Origin: a virus
Lineage: Duplodnaviria > Caudoviricetes
Virus record (IMG/VR): IMGVR_UViG_3300003894_000331
Span: 1-59,387 of that record
Length of the DNA: 59,387 bases
Strand: one strand, 5' to 3'
Shown: positions 9,552 through 16,519 of the stretch, piece by piece
Position numbering within the stretch: position 1 is the stretch's first letter
Layout: each line of letters begins with the position of its first letter
Made by a program: the position numbers and the translations under genes
Notes under the pieces: model-generated
The model's database searches: none
What the model was told of the DNA's origin: nothing
What the model saw: the letters and a program-made list of their open reading frames with translations, nothing else

Positions 9552-9846
9552 TATTAAACCAACACACCTTGAGGTATCATTTGATAATGATAGACCTAAA
9601 ATGCAATTCCATCTTCATACTTCTGTTGATGAGATCTGTAAGTTTATTAATAACAATATGAGCTTTGTGCATACATTTGTTTGTAGACTTAATGAAGAGC
9701 ACTCATGTAAAGCAGAAGTTATTGATAATGATAATCAATGGAATGATGAGCTGGATAAGATGATCCTTATAACTGGTGACGAGGACCGTCATGAAGCAAA
9801 GGTAGAAATAATGACACCTATTAACCCTAACACTGTACTAGAATGA
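9541..9846 (+). CDS. Hypothetical protein
   Basis: 101-aa ORF overlapping both neighbours. Confidence 0.7.
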   Translation: MADNIKPTHLEVSFDNDRPKMQFHLHTSVDEICKFINNNMSFVHTFVCRLNEEHSCKAEVIDNDNQWNDELDKMILITGDEDRHEAKVEIMTPINPNTVLE

Positions 9847-10160
9847 AAATACTATTTAAACAATGGGCCTGTGAGCTCATTACATCGACTTACACCGCAG
9901 ATGATAGTAAAGCTATGCTGCTTGTAGATATGGTCACAAATGAGCCTATTTGCTATGTAACAGTATGTTTAGTGGACTTAGGTATTAAACCTGATGATGG
10001 TAATGTTATAATTAAAGATTATGATAATCCTGGTATGGTTGAATGTATGATTGAACATGGTGTGATCTTAGATAATCCTGTTAAAATGCATAAGCATGGG
10101 TTTGTTGAGTCACATGAATATCATTTAACTGAGAAAGGGCTGTCATTATGGGAAGATTAA
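9843..10160 (+). CDS. DUF4313-like protein
   Basis: Y...AMLLVD...EPICYVTVCL...IIKDYDNPGMVECMIEHGVI...GFVES pattern. Confidence 0.5.
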   Translation: MKILFKQWACELITSTYTADDSKAMLLVDMVTNEPICYVTVCLVDLGIKPDDGNVIIKDYDNPGMVECMIEHGVILDNPVKMHKHGFVESHEYHLTEKGLSLWED

Positions 10161-10462
10161 GTGAAGCAGTAGCTAAACGTGATCATGTTAACCATTTACT
10201 CAAAAAGATGAGATGGACTATCGATGATCTTGCACAAGCAGCAAGAGATAATCCTGTTCCTGAAGATATTAAAGATGTTGATGATATGACCATGAAATTA
10301 GTATTTGGTGTAAATGAGTGTGAAATACGTGGGCCATTAAAGGTTGACTTTATGAGAGCTTATATTTTGATGACTCAAGGTTTTAAGAAAACTATTCTTA
10401 CTCATGAATTAGAACTCAGAGCACTTGAAGAAGAAATAGATAAACTTATCAAAGAACAATAA
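10148..10462 (+). CDS. Hypothetical helical protein
   Basis: 104-aa ORF. Confidence 0.7.
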   Translation: MGRLSEAVAKRDHVNHLLKKMRWTIDDLAQAARDNPVPEDIKDVDDMTMKLVFGVNECEIRGPLKVDFMRAYILMTQGFKKTILTHELELRALEEEIDKLIKEQ

Positions 10463-10467
10463 AACAT

Positions 10468-10538
10468 AACAGGGGATGTCTCCAGTGTCATTGTTATAGG
10501 AATGGATGTTATTGTAGACATGGAGCTCCCTTGTTTTT
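10468..10538 (+). other. Long interrupted hairpin followed by a T run (terminator or processing site)
   Basis: AACAGGGGA/TCCCTTGTT and CTCCAGTGTC/GACATGGAG arms. Confidence 0.6.
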
Positions 10539-10544
10539 ATATAA

Positions 10545-10697
10545 ATGGATATGACAAAAGAAATAGTACATAGTGACCACTATCGTTATCCTTTCATGCT
10601 GTATGATTATGATTTTGATTATAGTTGGAATGTATTAAATGGACCGGATCCTTTGACATCATTATACAATACGATGACAACATGGCTTTACATGTAA
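10545..10697 (+). CDS. Small hypothetical protein, 50 aa (not in ORF track)
   Basis: MDMTKEIVHSDHYRYPFMLYDYDFDYSWNVLNGPDPLTSLYNTMTTWLYM; fills the gap and has an A-rich leader. Confidence 0.45.
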   Translation: MDMTKEIVHSDHYRYPFMLYDYDFDYSWNVLNGPDPLTSLYNTMTTWLYM

Positions 10698-10743
10698 AAT
10701 AATTTGTGCTATCTTAGCACCCATTGAGTAATTAAATTGGTTG

Positions 10744-10769
10744 AGCCTCGCATCCTGCGGGGCTTTTTT
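10744..10769 (+). terminator. Intrinsic terminator
   Basis: AGCCTCGCA-TCC-TGCGGGGCT followed by a T run. Confidence 0.8.
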
Positions 10770-10772
10770 ATT

Positions 10773-10857
10773 GGCTGTATGGCGAAACTGGTAGACGCTC
10801 TGGACTTAAAATCCAGTGAACATTGAGTTCGTGTGAGTTCGAGTCTCACTATAGCCA
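10773..10857 (+). tRNA. trnL: tRNA-Leu (anticodon TAA), CCA not encoded
   Basis: Acceptor GGCTGTA/TATAGCC-A, D arm GGCGAAACTGGTAGACGC, anticodon arm CTGGA-CTTAAAA-TCCAG, long variable arm, T arm GTGAG-TTCGAGT-CTCAC. Confidence 0.95.
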
Positions 10858-10966
10858 CGAATACGAATACCGCATGAAGTAGAGTAGTGTGATGAGTAGT
10901 ATTATGACTGTTGTGAATAGCGCAATGAAACCACTCAGGAGTACCAAGCCTGAGACAATAACTATT

Positions 10967-11104
10967 ATGCAATACGTAATTTATATGACAAATGGAGGCA
11001 GTAAAATTGTTAACATTCCTGATGACATCAAAGGTCAGGATCTTGAGGACACGATTCATGCACTGGCTAGTCCAAACAAAGTACGTTACTTTGAAAAGGC
11101 TTAA
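10967..11104 (+). CDS. Small hypothetical protein, 45 aa
   Basis: Start moved to ATG 10967 (MQYVIYMTNGG) after an A-rich leader. Confidence 0.55.
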   Translation: MQYVIYMTNGGSKIVNIPDDIKGQDLEDTIHALASPNKVRYFEKA

Positions 11105-11108
11105 GTCT

Positions 11109-11519
11109 ATGAACAATTGGAAAAAGGACCTGCGTAAGCTTAAGAATGATAAGTTTACTCAGAAGAATAAAAAGAAACGGGTCGTAGTTTACTTTCCAGT
11201 AGAACCATTTAGACCAACCTTAAAAGAGAATAAGATGTTTGCTGATTACTGCAGGCTCTTAGGGTATCACTTTAAGCTTTCTGTTGATAAGAAATGTCCA
11301 ATAATATTCTCACCGGATTACAAACGACATGTATACATACAGAAAGAAGATAACAGGTTTTCAGCTATATTTGGTAATGCACGTGAGTCTGTGGACGATA
11401 TAAACAACCTTTCATTAGGTATTTTGAAGAACATAACAAAGCAGATTGAAAAGAGAAGTATAAATTTTGGTATTACCAAGATCAGAGAGGTCTATGGAAT
11501 ACAAATGTTAAACATTTAA
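11109..11519 (+). CDS. Basic hypothetical protein
   Basis: Start moved to ATG 11109 (MNNWKKDLRK), just after the previous stop. Confidence 0.65.
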   Translation: MNNWKKDLRKLKNDKFTQKNKKKRVVVYFPVEPFRPTLKENKMFADYCRLLGYHFKLSVDKKCPIIFSPDYKRHVYIQKEDNRFSAIFGNARESVDDINNLSLGILKNITKQIEKRSINFGITKIREVYGIQMLNI

Positions 11520-11528
11520 TAAATAATC

Positions 11529-11912
11529 ATGAAAAAAGTACCATTTACATTAGGAAACACACGTTTCGCAAAAAACTTTGCAACTGACAATGACAAAGTA
11601 AAAGAAAACCGTAAACAACAGGTTATAACTCAGGCTCAGAGAGCTTACAAAAAAGAGATTGATGACCTTAAAGACAAATTACTTGATAAACAAGTAGAGC
11701 TTGATAAGCTTAATGACTTCAGTCCTCGCACTGATGATGATTTGCTTTACAGGAATGATTTCAATGCAAGTGAATGGGCTAAGAGTCGCATTGATGTTGT
11801 AAGCAAAATGGAAGCACTTGAGTATAAAATCAAAACTCTTCAGGAAGATTACAACTATTGGTTCACTGATATTAAAGAGCCTAGTAATGATTCTAACAAG
11901 GAGGCTAAGTAA
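11529..11912 (+). CDS. Coiled-coil hypothetical protein
   Basis: 127 aa with heptad pattern. Confidence 0.75.
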   Translation: MKKVPFTLGNTRFAKNFATDNDKVKENRKQQVITQAQRAYKKEIDDLKDKLLDKQVELDKLNDFSPRTDDDLLYRNDFNASEWAKSRIDVVSKMEALEYKIKTLQEDYNYWFTDIKEPSNDSNKEAK

Positions 11913-12535
11913 TGACATCAATATCTCTATCAAAGAGTAATATTGCTAACCCTGACATTGTTAAGTTAGTGGATGACTTCTTTACTAAGAAGGGATTCAA
12001 GGTTAACAGATGGAAGGGTGGCACTTACTCTCCCAAATATATGGATGATGCCAAGATAAATGTATTTATTGGCTACCCTCAATTTGATCTGACTAATGAA
12101 CATGTCGGAAAAGGACTCTATGGTGAGATAAAATATGTAATGGACAGACATTATGTAAACCGTCAATGGCATAAGCTTGCTATTTATATTGCCAGTGATA
12201 ACAGAGGACCATTCCTACAATGTGTTGATGACATGTGGGAATATAAAACAGATGACTATCAAAAGTTATACGGAACTGTCGCATTAGGTGATCTTGATAC
12301 AGCAATGGAAGAGGTATTCGATCTTGATGGTGACCTTGATTATGATCACATAGTTAAGGAACTTCAGTTACTAATGGAGAGTGCACGTAATATGGACGCA
12401 GACGCTGCTCCGGATACTGTTGGACCCGAAGATACTTTGAAGCATAAAAGTGCGTCAGAGAGCAAACGTGATAGCAAAAAAGACGATTCTGATGATGATG
12501 ATGTATTCGAGGATATTCGATTTGGATTAGTTTAA
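11912..12535 (+). CDS. Hypothetical protein, possible Rossmann/NDT-like N-domain with acidic tail
   Basis: MDDAKINVFIG...VGKGLYGEIKY resembles deoxyribosyltransferase/TIR-like folds; DDSDDDDVF tail. Confidence 0.35.
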   Translation: MTSISLSKSNIANPDIVKLVDDFFTKKGFKVNRWKGGTYSPKYMDDAKINVFIGYPQFDLTNEHVGKGLYGEIKYVMDRHYVNRQWHKLAIYIASDNRGPFLQCVDDMWEYKTDDYQKLYGTVALGDLDTAMEEVFDLDGDLDYDHIVKELQLLMESARNMDADAAPDTVGPEDTLKHKSASESKRDSKKDDSDDDDVFEDIRFGLV

Positions 12536-12536
12536 C

Positions 12537-12544
12537 TATCTTTG
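12537..12544 (+). promoter_or_regulatory. Bacteroidota-type -7 element
   Basis: TATCTTTG directly after the stop of the 11912 gene. Confidence 0.5.
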
Positions 12545-12547
12545 AAA

Positions 12548-12734
12548 CATGATACATTTATTAGCATATCTTGTCGTATTTGATTTCTTCCAGGGTGAGC
12601 TACCTACAGAGCCCTTAAATCCTGTGACAAGGTGCCTTATTCACACTTTAGCCGGTACTGTGCCTTACATACTAAAGTGATAGGTGAAAAAAACAAGAAA
12701 TTCTTTAATCCTCCTCTTCTCGGGGAGGATTTTT
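12548..12734 (+). ncRNA. Candidate ~185-nt structured RNA (or leaderless 43-aa ORF 12549..12680)
   Basis: Bounded by a promoter motif and a terminator; stems CTTGTC/GACAAG, GATTT/AAATC, AGGG/CCCT, CACTTTAG/CTAAAGTG, TTCAC/GTGAA. Confidence 0.45.
12707..12734 (+). terminator. Intrinsic terminator
   Basis: AATCCTCCTC-TTCTC-GGGGAGGATT-TTT. Confidence 0.7.
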
Positions 12735-12752
12735 CATTTAATCCTATTTATT

Positions 12753-13037
12753 ATGGGACGAATATTATTATACTGCTTACTTGTGCTTGTATTTATTGGT
12801 CATTGTGAACAACAAGAAAGCATGGTACGCAATACAGAAGAATTAATAGAACAAAACGAGCAATTAATTAATTATGTAATTAAAATGTATAAGAATGACT
12901 CTGCTGCCAGATACCGGGATTCTTTAAACTTTCAACATTTAAAGGAATGTTCCTGGATCTCATCAGATCATATCGAACTACGTAATAATTATGTTTATGT
13001 CAAACCTTTAACAAATTATTCAAATGACAATAATTGA
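12753..13037 (+). CDS. N-terminal TM/signal plus coiled-coil protein
   Basis: Start moved to ATG 12753 (MGRILLYCLLVLVFIG), downstream of the terminator. Confidence 0.65.
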   Translation: MGRILLYCLLVLVFIGHCEQQESMVRNTEELIEQNEQLINYVIKMYKNDSAARYRDSLNFQHLKECSWISSDHIELRNNYVYVKPLTNYSNDNN

Positions 13038-13410
13038 ATTGATTTTATTTGGAGCGTTAGTGCTTATAGGCATATCATTCATACTGTATGCTCATATAGC
13101 GACTAAACGCAACCGCAGTAGTAATATAATGCTGACTGCAAAAACAAAAGAGTACAACACTCTTAATCAAAAGTATCTAGATCTCATGGAGAATTCTCAT
13201 GAACAAGAAAAACAGATACAGACATTTAAAAACCGTAACCTTAAACTCTCACAAGACAAAGAGAGACTTGAGGAGAATAACCGTATACTACGTGCTAAAG
13301 TGGTGAAGTATCGTCCATATAGCAGAACTTGCCCTCATTGCAAGAGATTCCTGAAAAAGTCTCATGACGGAGATAGTTGTTATCATTGTAATAAACCTTT
13401 AAACTCATAA
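13024..13410 (+). CDS. TM plus coiled-coil protein with C-terminal CxxC...CxxC zinc ribbon
   Basis: MTIIELILFGALVLIGISFILYAH; CPHC...CYHC. Confidence 0.75.
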   Translation: MTIIELILFGALVLIGISFILYAHIATKRNRSSNIMLTAKTKEYNTLNQKYLDLMENSHEQEKQIQTFKNRNLKLSQDKERLEENNRILRAKVVKYRPYSRTCPHCKRFLKKSHDGDSCYHCNKPLNS

Positions 13411-13413
13411 GCC

Positions 13414-13722
13414 ATGGAATTTGTAATAGGAACACTAATATGTGTAATCATTATTCTTATTGGAATGAACATCCATGAGAGTAGTATGAGAAAACGACAA
13501 GACAAAGAAGCAAAAGCTGCTATCAATAATCTTGTTGATGAGATATCTCTCAAGATGAAAACCATCGAAGAGTTGAACAAAGAGGTTCTTGAGTGTAACA
13601 GGAACAATAAAATTTTACTGGACCTAACAGATAAGCTGAAACGACAGCTTGCTAAACATAAGCCTAAAAAGGATCCAAAGACCGGTAAATTTGTCAAAAA
13701 GAAACATCCTACTAAGGGATAA
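13414..13722 (+). CDS. TM plus coiled-coil protein with basic tail
   Basis: MEFVIGTLICVIIILIGM; tail KDPKTGKFVKK. Confidence 0.75.
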   Translation: MEFVIGTLICVIIILIGMNIHESSMRKRQDKEAKAAINNLVDEISLKMKTIEELNKEVLECNRNNKILLDLTDKLKRQLAKHKPKKDPKTGKFVKKKHPTKG

Positions 13723-13767
13723 AGAGCCATTTATATGGTTATTTCTATTGTTTTCATTTATGTGTAG

Positions 13768-13796
13768 AGGAGGATCGCTCGGTCCTCCTTTTTTTT
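13768..13796 (+). terminator. Intrinsic terminator
   Basis: AGGAGGATC-GCTC-GGTCCTCCT followed by a T run. Confidence 0.85.
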
Positions 13797-13864
13797 AAAC
13801 TCAGAACTTATGCCAGGAATTGAAATGTTTAGTGACGCATGGTTTGATAAAGCAGACGAATATT

Positions 13865-14188
13865 ATGATCTTAAAAGAGATAGTGCTGAAGTCTGGAGAA
13901 CTATCAGAACTCGTAAGAAATGTAAAGAACACTTTAGTAGACGAATTAAAGATAGGCCAGATAGCACCAACCGTAAACGTGGAGGAGCTCGCCCTCAAGA
14001 TAGTAAATAACATAGCGAGTAAGACATTAAGAGAGTTTCATGAGTCGGATCCTGTAAGGGTACACTTACATGGTAGATTTGTGGACGCAACATTTGTGAA
14101 ATACACAGATGACGGTAAATGTGTGATAAGAGTAAATGGATTAAATAACATTGTACCTCAAATATTCATTGATTTTAAGGATGAATAA
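13865..14188 (+). CDS. Hypothetical protein
   Basis: Likely ATG 13865 (MILKEIVLKSG); the track gives a TTG start at 13820. Confidence 0.6.
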   Translation: MILKEIVLKSGELSELVRNVKNTLVDELKIGQIAPTVNVEELALKIVNNIASKTLREFHESDPVRVHLHGRFVDATFVKYTDDGKCVIRVNGLNNIVPQIFIDFKDE

Positions 14189-14213
14189 AAAAAGCCTCCC
14201 ACGAATGAGAGGC
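14187..14213 (-). terminator. Intrinsic terminator on the minus strand, inside a plus-strand gene cluster
   Basis: Minus strand reads GCCTCTCA-TTCG-TGGGAGGC-TTTTTTT; the G-U wobble and UUCG loop work only in this orientation. Confidence 0.8.
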
Positions 14214-14257
14214 AATGACTTGTGTTTGGAGCCTAAACGAGAGATAGGTCAATTCCG
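14187..14257 (-). ncRNA. Candidate ~70-nt antisense small RNA
   Basis: Lies between minus-strand TATGTTTG (14261-14268) and the minus-strand terminator; three blocks are complementary to 14373-14435. Confidence 0.55.
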
Positions 14258-14260
14258 ATA

Positions 14261-14289
14261 CAAACATATAATAATTTTTTATAAGTTTG
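14261..14289. promoter_or_regulatory. Back-to-back divergent Bacteroidota-type -7 elements
   Basis: TATGTTTG on minus (14261-14268) and TAAGTTTG on plus (14282-14289), separated by a 13-bp A/T-only spacer. Confidence 0.6.
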
Positions 14290-14371
14290 CCATTCAATGA
14301 ATATTATTTCACACATACAAGTTGTTGACACCCTCTGTACAACTATGGGATTGACTATCCTTAAAACAAAA

Positions 14372-14458
14372 ATGGAGGCTAAACGAGGAATATCTGAAAG
14401 GTTAGGAGCAATGACCCACAAGCGTCAACTCCGATTAAAAGGCATGCACGTAGTATAA
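14372..14458 (+). CDS. Putative leader peptide, 28 aa (in-frame ATGs also at 14297 and 14345)
   Basis: TTAAAACAAAA leader, then MEAKRGISERLGAMTHKRQLRLKGMHVV. Confidence 0.4.
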   Translation: MEAKRGISERLGAMTHKRQLRLKGMHVV

Positions 14459-14486
14459 CATACGCAGTGTAATAAAAGACCCTTTC

Positions 14487-14510
14487 CGGACCCGCCATGT
14501 CCGTTTATTT
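14487..14510 (+). terminator. Weak terminator / attenuator-like hairpin
   Basis: CGGAC-CCGCCAT-GTCCG-TTTATTT, 28 nt after the leader ORF stop. Confidence 0.4.
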
Positions 14511-14538
14511 CTCACGGTAAATAGTCGTTAAATAATTA

Positions 14539-14595
14539 CCTAAATAGTTGGTGCTATAGTATATATAATCTATAGTAACATGCCAACTAAATAGG
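14539..14595. repeat. Imperfect inverted repeat just upstream of the RadC-like gene
   Basis: TAGTTGG/CCAACTA outer and TGCTATAG/CTATAGTA inner arms around an AT loop. Confidence 0.6.
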
Positions 14596-14619
14596 CTTGA
14601 ACTGTAAAAACGAGAAAAA

Positions 14620-15075
14620 ATGAAAAAATACAAATCAAAGATCACAAGGTATAAACTGGTAAAAGAACCAGTTGACATTAACAAAGTTAAAATAAGCTCT
14701 TCTGAAGATGCAATGATTTACATGAAGGACTTCTTTGGAAGTGACATCGATATTCATGAAAGTTTCTTCTTACTGCTAATGAATCGTGCTAACATAACTA
14801 CTGGATATGTTAAAATATCTCAAGGTGGTACAGCTGGAACTGTAGTGGATCCTATACTTGTTTCTAAGTACGCAATAGAGTCTTTAGCAAGCTCTGTTAT
14901 ACTTGCTCATAATCACCCTTCAGGTAATATCAAACCTAGTGAAAATGACATTAACCTGACTAAGAAAATTGTTCAAGGATTAAAGATGTTCGATATTCAT
15001 GTATTGGACCATTTAATAATTCCTGGAAATGATGTTGAATATTATTTTTCATTTGCCGATGAAGGCTTAATTTAA
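14620..15075 (+). CDS. radC: RadC-like JAB/MPN domain protein
   Basis: HESFFLLLMNRAN...ISQGG...VDP...AHNHPSGNIKPSENDINLT...VLDHLII; intact E...HxH...S..D motif, JAB domain only. Confidence 0.92.
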   Translation: MKKYKSKITRYKLVKEPVDINKVKISSSEDAMIYMKDFFGSDIDIHESFFLLLMNRANITTGYVKISQGGTAGTVVDPILVSKYAIESLASSVILAHNHPSGNIKPSENDINLTKKIVQGLKMFDIHVLDHLIIPGNDVEYYFSFADEGLI

Positions 15076-15080
15076 ATTAT

Positions 15081-15659
15081 ATGAACGAACTAAGAAAAGA
15101 TGTAAAGGAACTGTTATGGAATGAGTTTAACTACTCAACTTATAGGAGTTTAGAAGATGAAGCATTTGATAAATTATGTAAAAAAGTTGCAAGAGATATA
15201 GTTAATAAATGTGGGGAAAAACTCCAACAGCAAAGTAATGATGGTGAAGTGAGGATATGCACAGGGTGCGGACGTTTAACAACTGATATAGCATTACCAT
15301 TAACAGCCTTATCCTGTTGCCCTGATAGTAGATATGTAAGTATTGAAAAATTTAGGGATGAATGGAGGGAGGAAAATAAAAAAAGATACGATAAAATGCA
15401 ATCCACCCCCAAACCAACGGGAGTTAGTAAGGATGTTGCAAAACAGTACGCTGAATTTTGTGTATTATGTGATAGGGATAATTTACCATTACTTGATTTG
15501 GACAGTTTTATAAAACAATCCCAATCACAACCAAAGCAAGGGGAGTGTTGTGATAACCCAAACATTCAAGTAGGCAGACGCTCGAGAAAAGAATACTGTA
15601 TTAATTGTAATACGTTATTACCCCAATCACCCGAATCAGAGAAAGGGTATGAGGGGTAA
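15081..15659 (+). CDS. Modular Cys-rich hypothetical protein
   Basis: CTGC...CCP, CVLC and CCD...CINC clusters separated by Q/S/P linkers. Confidence 0.65.
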   Translation: MNELRKDVKELLWNEFNYSTYRSLEDEAFDKLCKKVARDIVNKCGEKLQQQSNDGEVRICTGCGRLTTDIALPLTALSCCPDSRYVSIEKFRDEWREENKKRYDKMQSTPKPTGVSKDVAKQYAEFCVLCDRDNLPLLDLDSFIKQSQSQPKQGECCDNPNIQVGRRSRKEYCINCNTLLPQSPESEKGYEG

Positions 15660-15698
15660 CGTATGATAATGTGAATAGTAATTAAATTTATTTGAGCG

Positions 15699-15968
15699 AT
15701 GGAAATACAAGAATTAAAGAAAAGCGACAACAGTAAAGAAACTGTAAAATACCTTGCCGATGTAGAATGGCTTTGGTTAGGAAACACAAAAGACTATAAA
15801 GAGGTGAAAGATTTTGTAGCATTAGTTTGTAGAGATGTAACAAATGCAAGCTGTATAAATGAGATTTGTATAAATGATGTATTACAAGCACTTAGACAAC
15901 ATGGATATGAAGTTGTGGCATTATGTGACCACGATAATATTAATGCCTGTGATAGTGATGATGATTGA
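15699..15968 (+). CDS. Hypothetical protein
   Basis: 89-aa ORF. Confidence 0.6.
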   Translation: MEIQELKKSDNSKETVKYLADVEWLWLGNTKDYKEVKDFVALVCRDVTNASCINEICINDVLQALRQHGYEVVALCDHDNINACDSDDD

Positions 15969-16155
15969 GGATGAGAAAGTAACTCACCCTACCCTATTCC
16001 CCGGTCAATATCTTTACGTCAGAGATATGTATATCTATGATGAGAATGATTTTGAAGTGGGACACATGCTTGACCCCATGTTTGGTGAACAATCAAATGA
16101 GTGGGATACTAATTGGACTATTTATAAAAAAGAAATGGAGGTTGTAAATGCCTAA
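15961..16155 (+). CDS. Small hypothetical protein
   Basis: Start moved to ATG 15961 (MIEDEKVTHP), overlapping the previous stop. Confidence 0.6.
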   Translation: MIEDEKVTHPTLFPGQYLYVRDMYIYDENDFEVGHMLDPMFGEQSNEWDTNWTIYKKEMEVVNA

Positions 16156-16519
16156 TAAAACAAAATGTTATTGCTGTAGCGTAGAAGATGCTACACGTAA
16201 AGACTACCGTGAAAGAGATGGTGTCTTAAGTAAATACGCTGTGTGCGATGAATGTGCACATAAATCTGATCAACAGTTCTTTGCTGACCGAGATAAGGCC
16301 CGTGAAGTTACTGATTCCGGTAAGTGGTTCTGCCCTGACTGTTATTCAACAAACATATCTTTAAGGTTGTGGGTTAATGTCAATGAAGGAGTAATCAATG
16401 ACGTTATATCCAATGACATTACTGAGATGGATGAATCCAGTATGGATTTCGAATGTGATGACTGTGGCAATAGCACCAGAATTTTAAGATCCAGAAAGGA
16501 GGTAGAATGTCATGGCTAA
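16148..16519 (+). CDS. Double zinc-ribbon protein
   Basis: CYCC...CDEC and CPDC...CDDC. Confidence 0.7.
   Translation: MPNKTKCYCCSVEDATRKDYRERDGVLSKYAVCDECAHKSDQQFFADRDKAREVTDSGKWFCPDCYSTNISLRLWVNVNEGVINDVISNDITEMDESSMDFECDDCGNSTRILRSRKEVECHG

Noticed and set aside
10858-10960. Hammerhead or HDV-like (theta) ribozyme after the tRNA (TGATGAG...GAAAC)
   Set aside because: The core reads GTGATGA rather than CTGATGA, stem I cannot form, and no nested double pseudoknot is visible at the tRNA 3' end.
12569-12632. Purine riboswitch or pistol ribozyme
   Set aside because: Only the P1 and P3/L3-like parts match; P2, the junction nucleotides and pistol spacing do not. Kept only as an unclassified RNA candidate.
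14211-14260. c-di-GMP-I riboswitch (GCCTAAAC resemblance)
   Set aside because: No GGCAAA / GAAA tetraloop / GACGCAAA arrangement.
14549-14576. dif-like XerCD site (also TTATGTTA near 8592)
   Set aside because: No proper TTATGTTAAAT arm with 6-bp spacer, and no tyrosine recombinase in the window.
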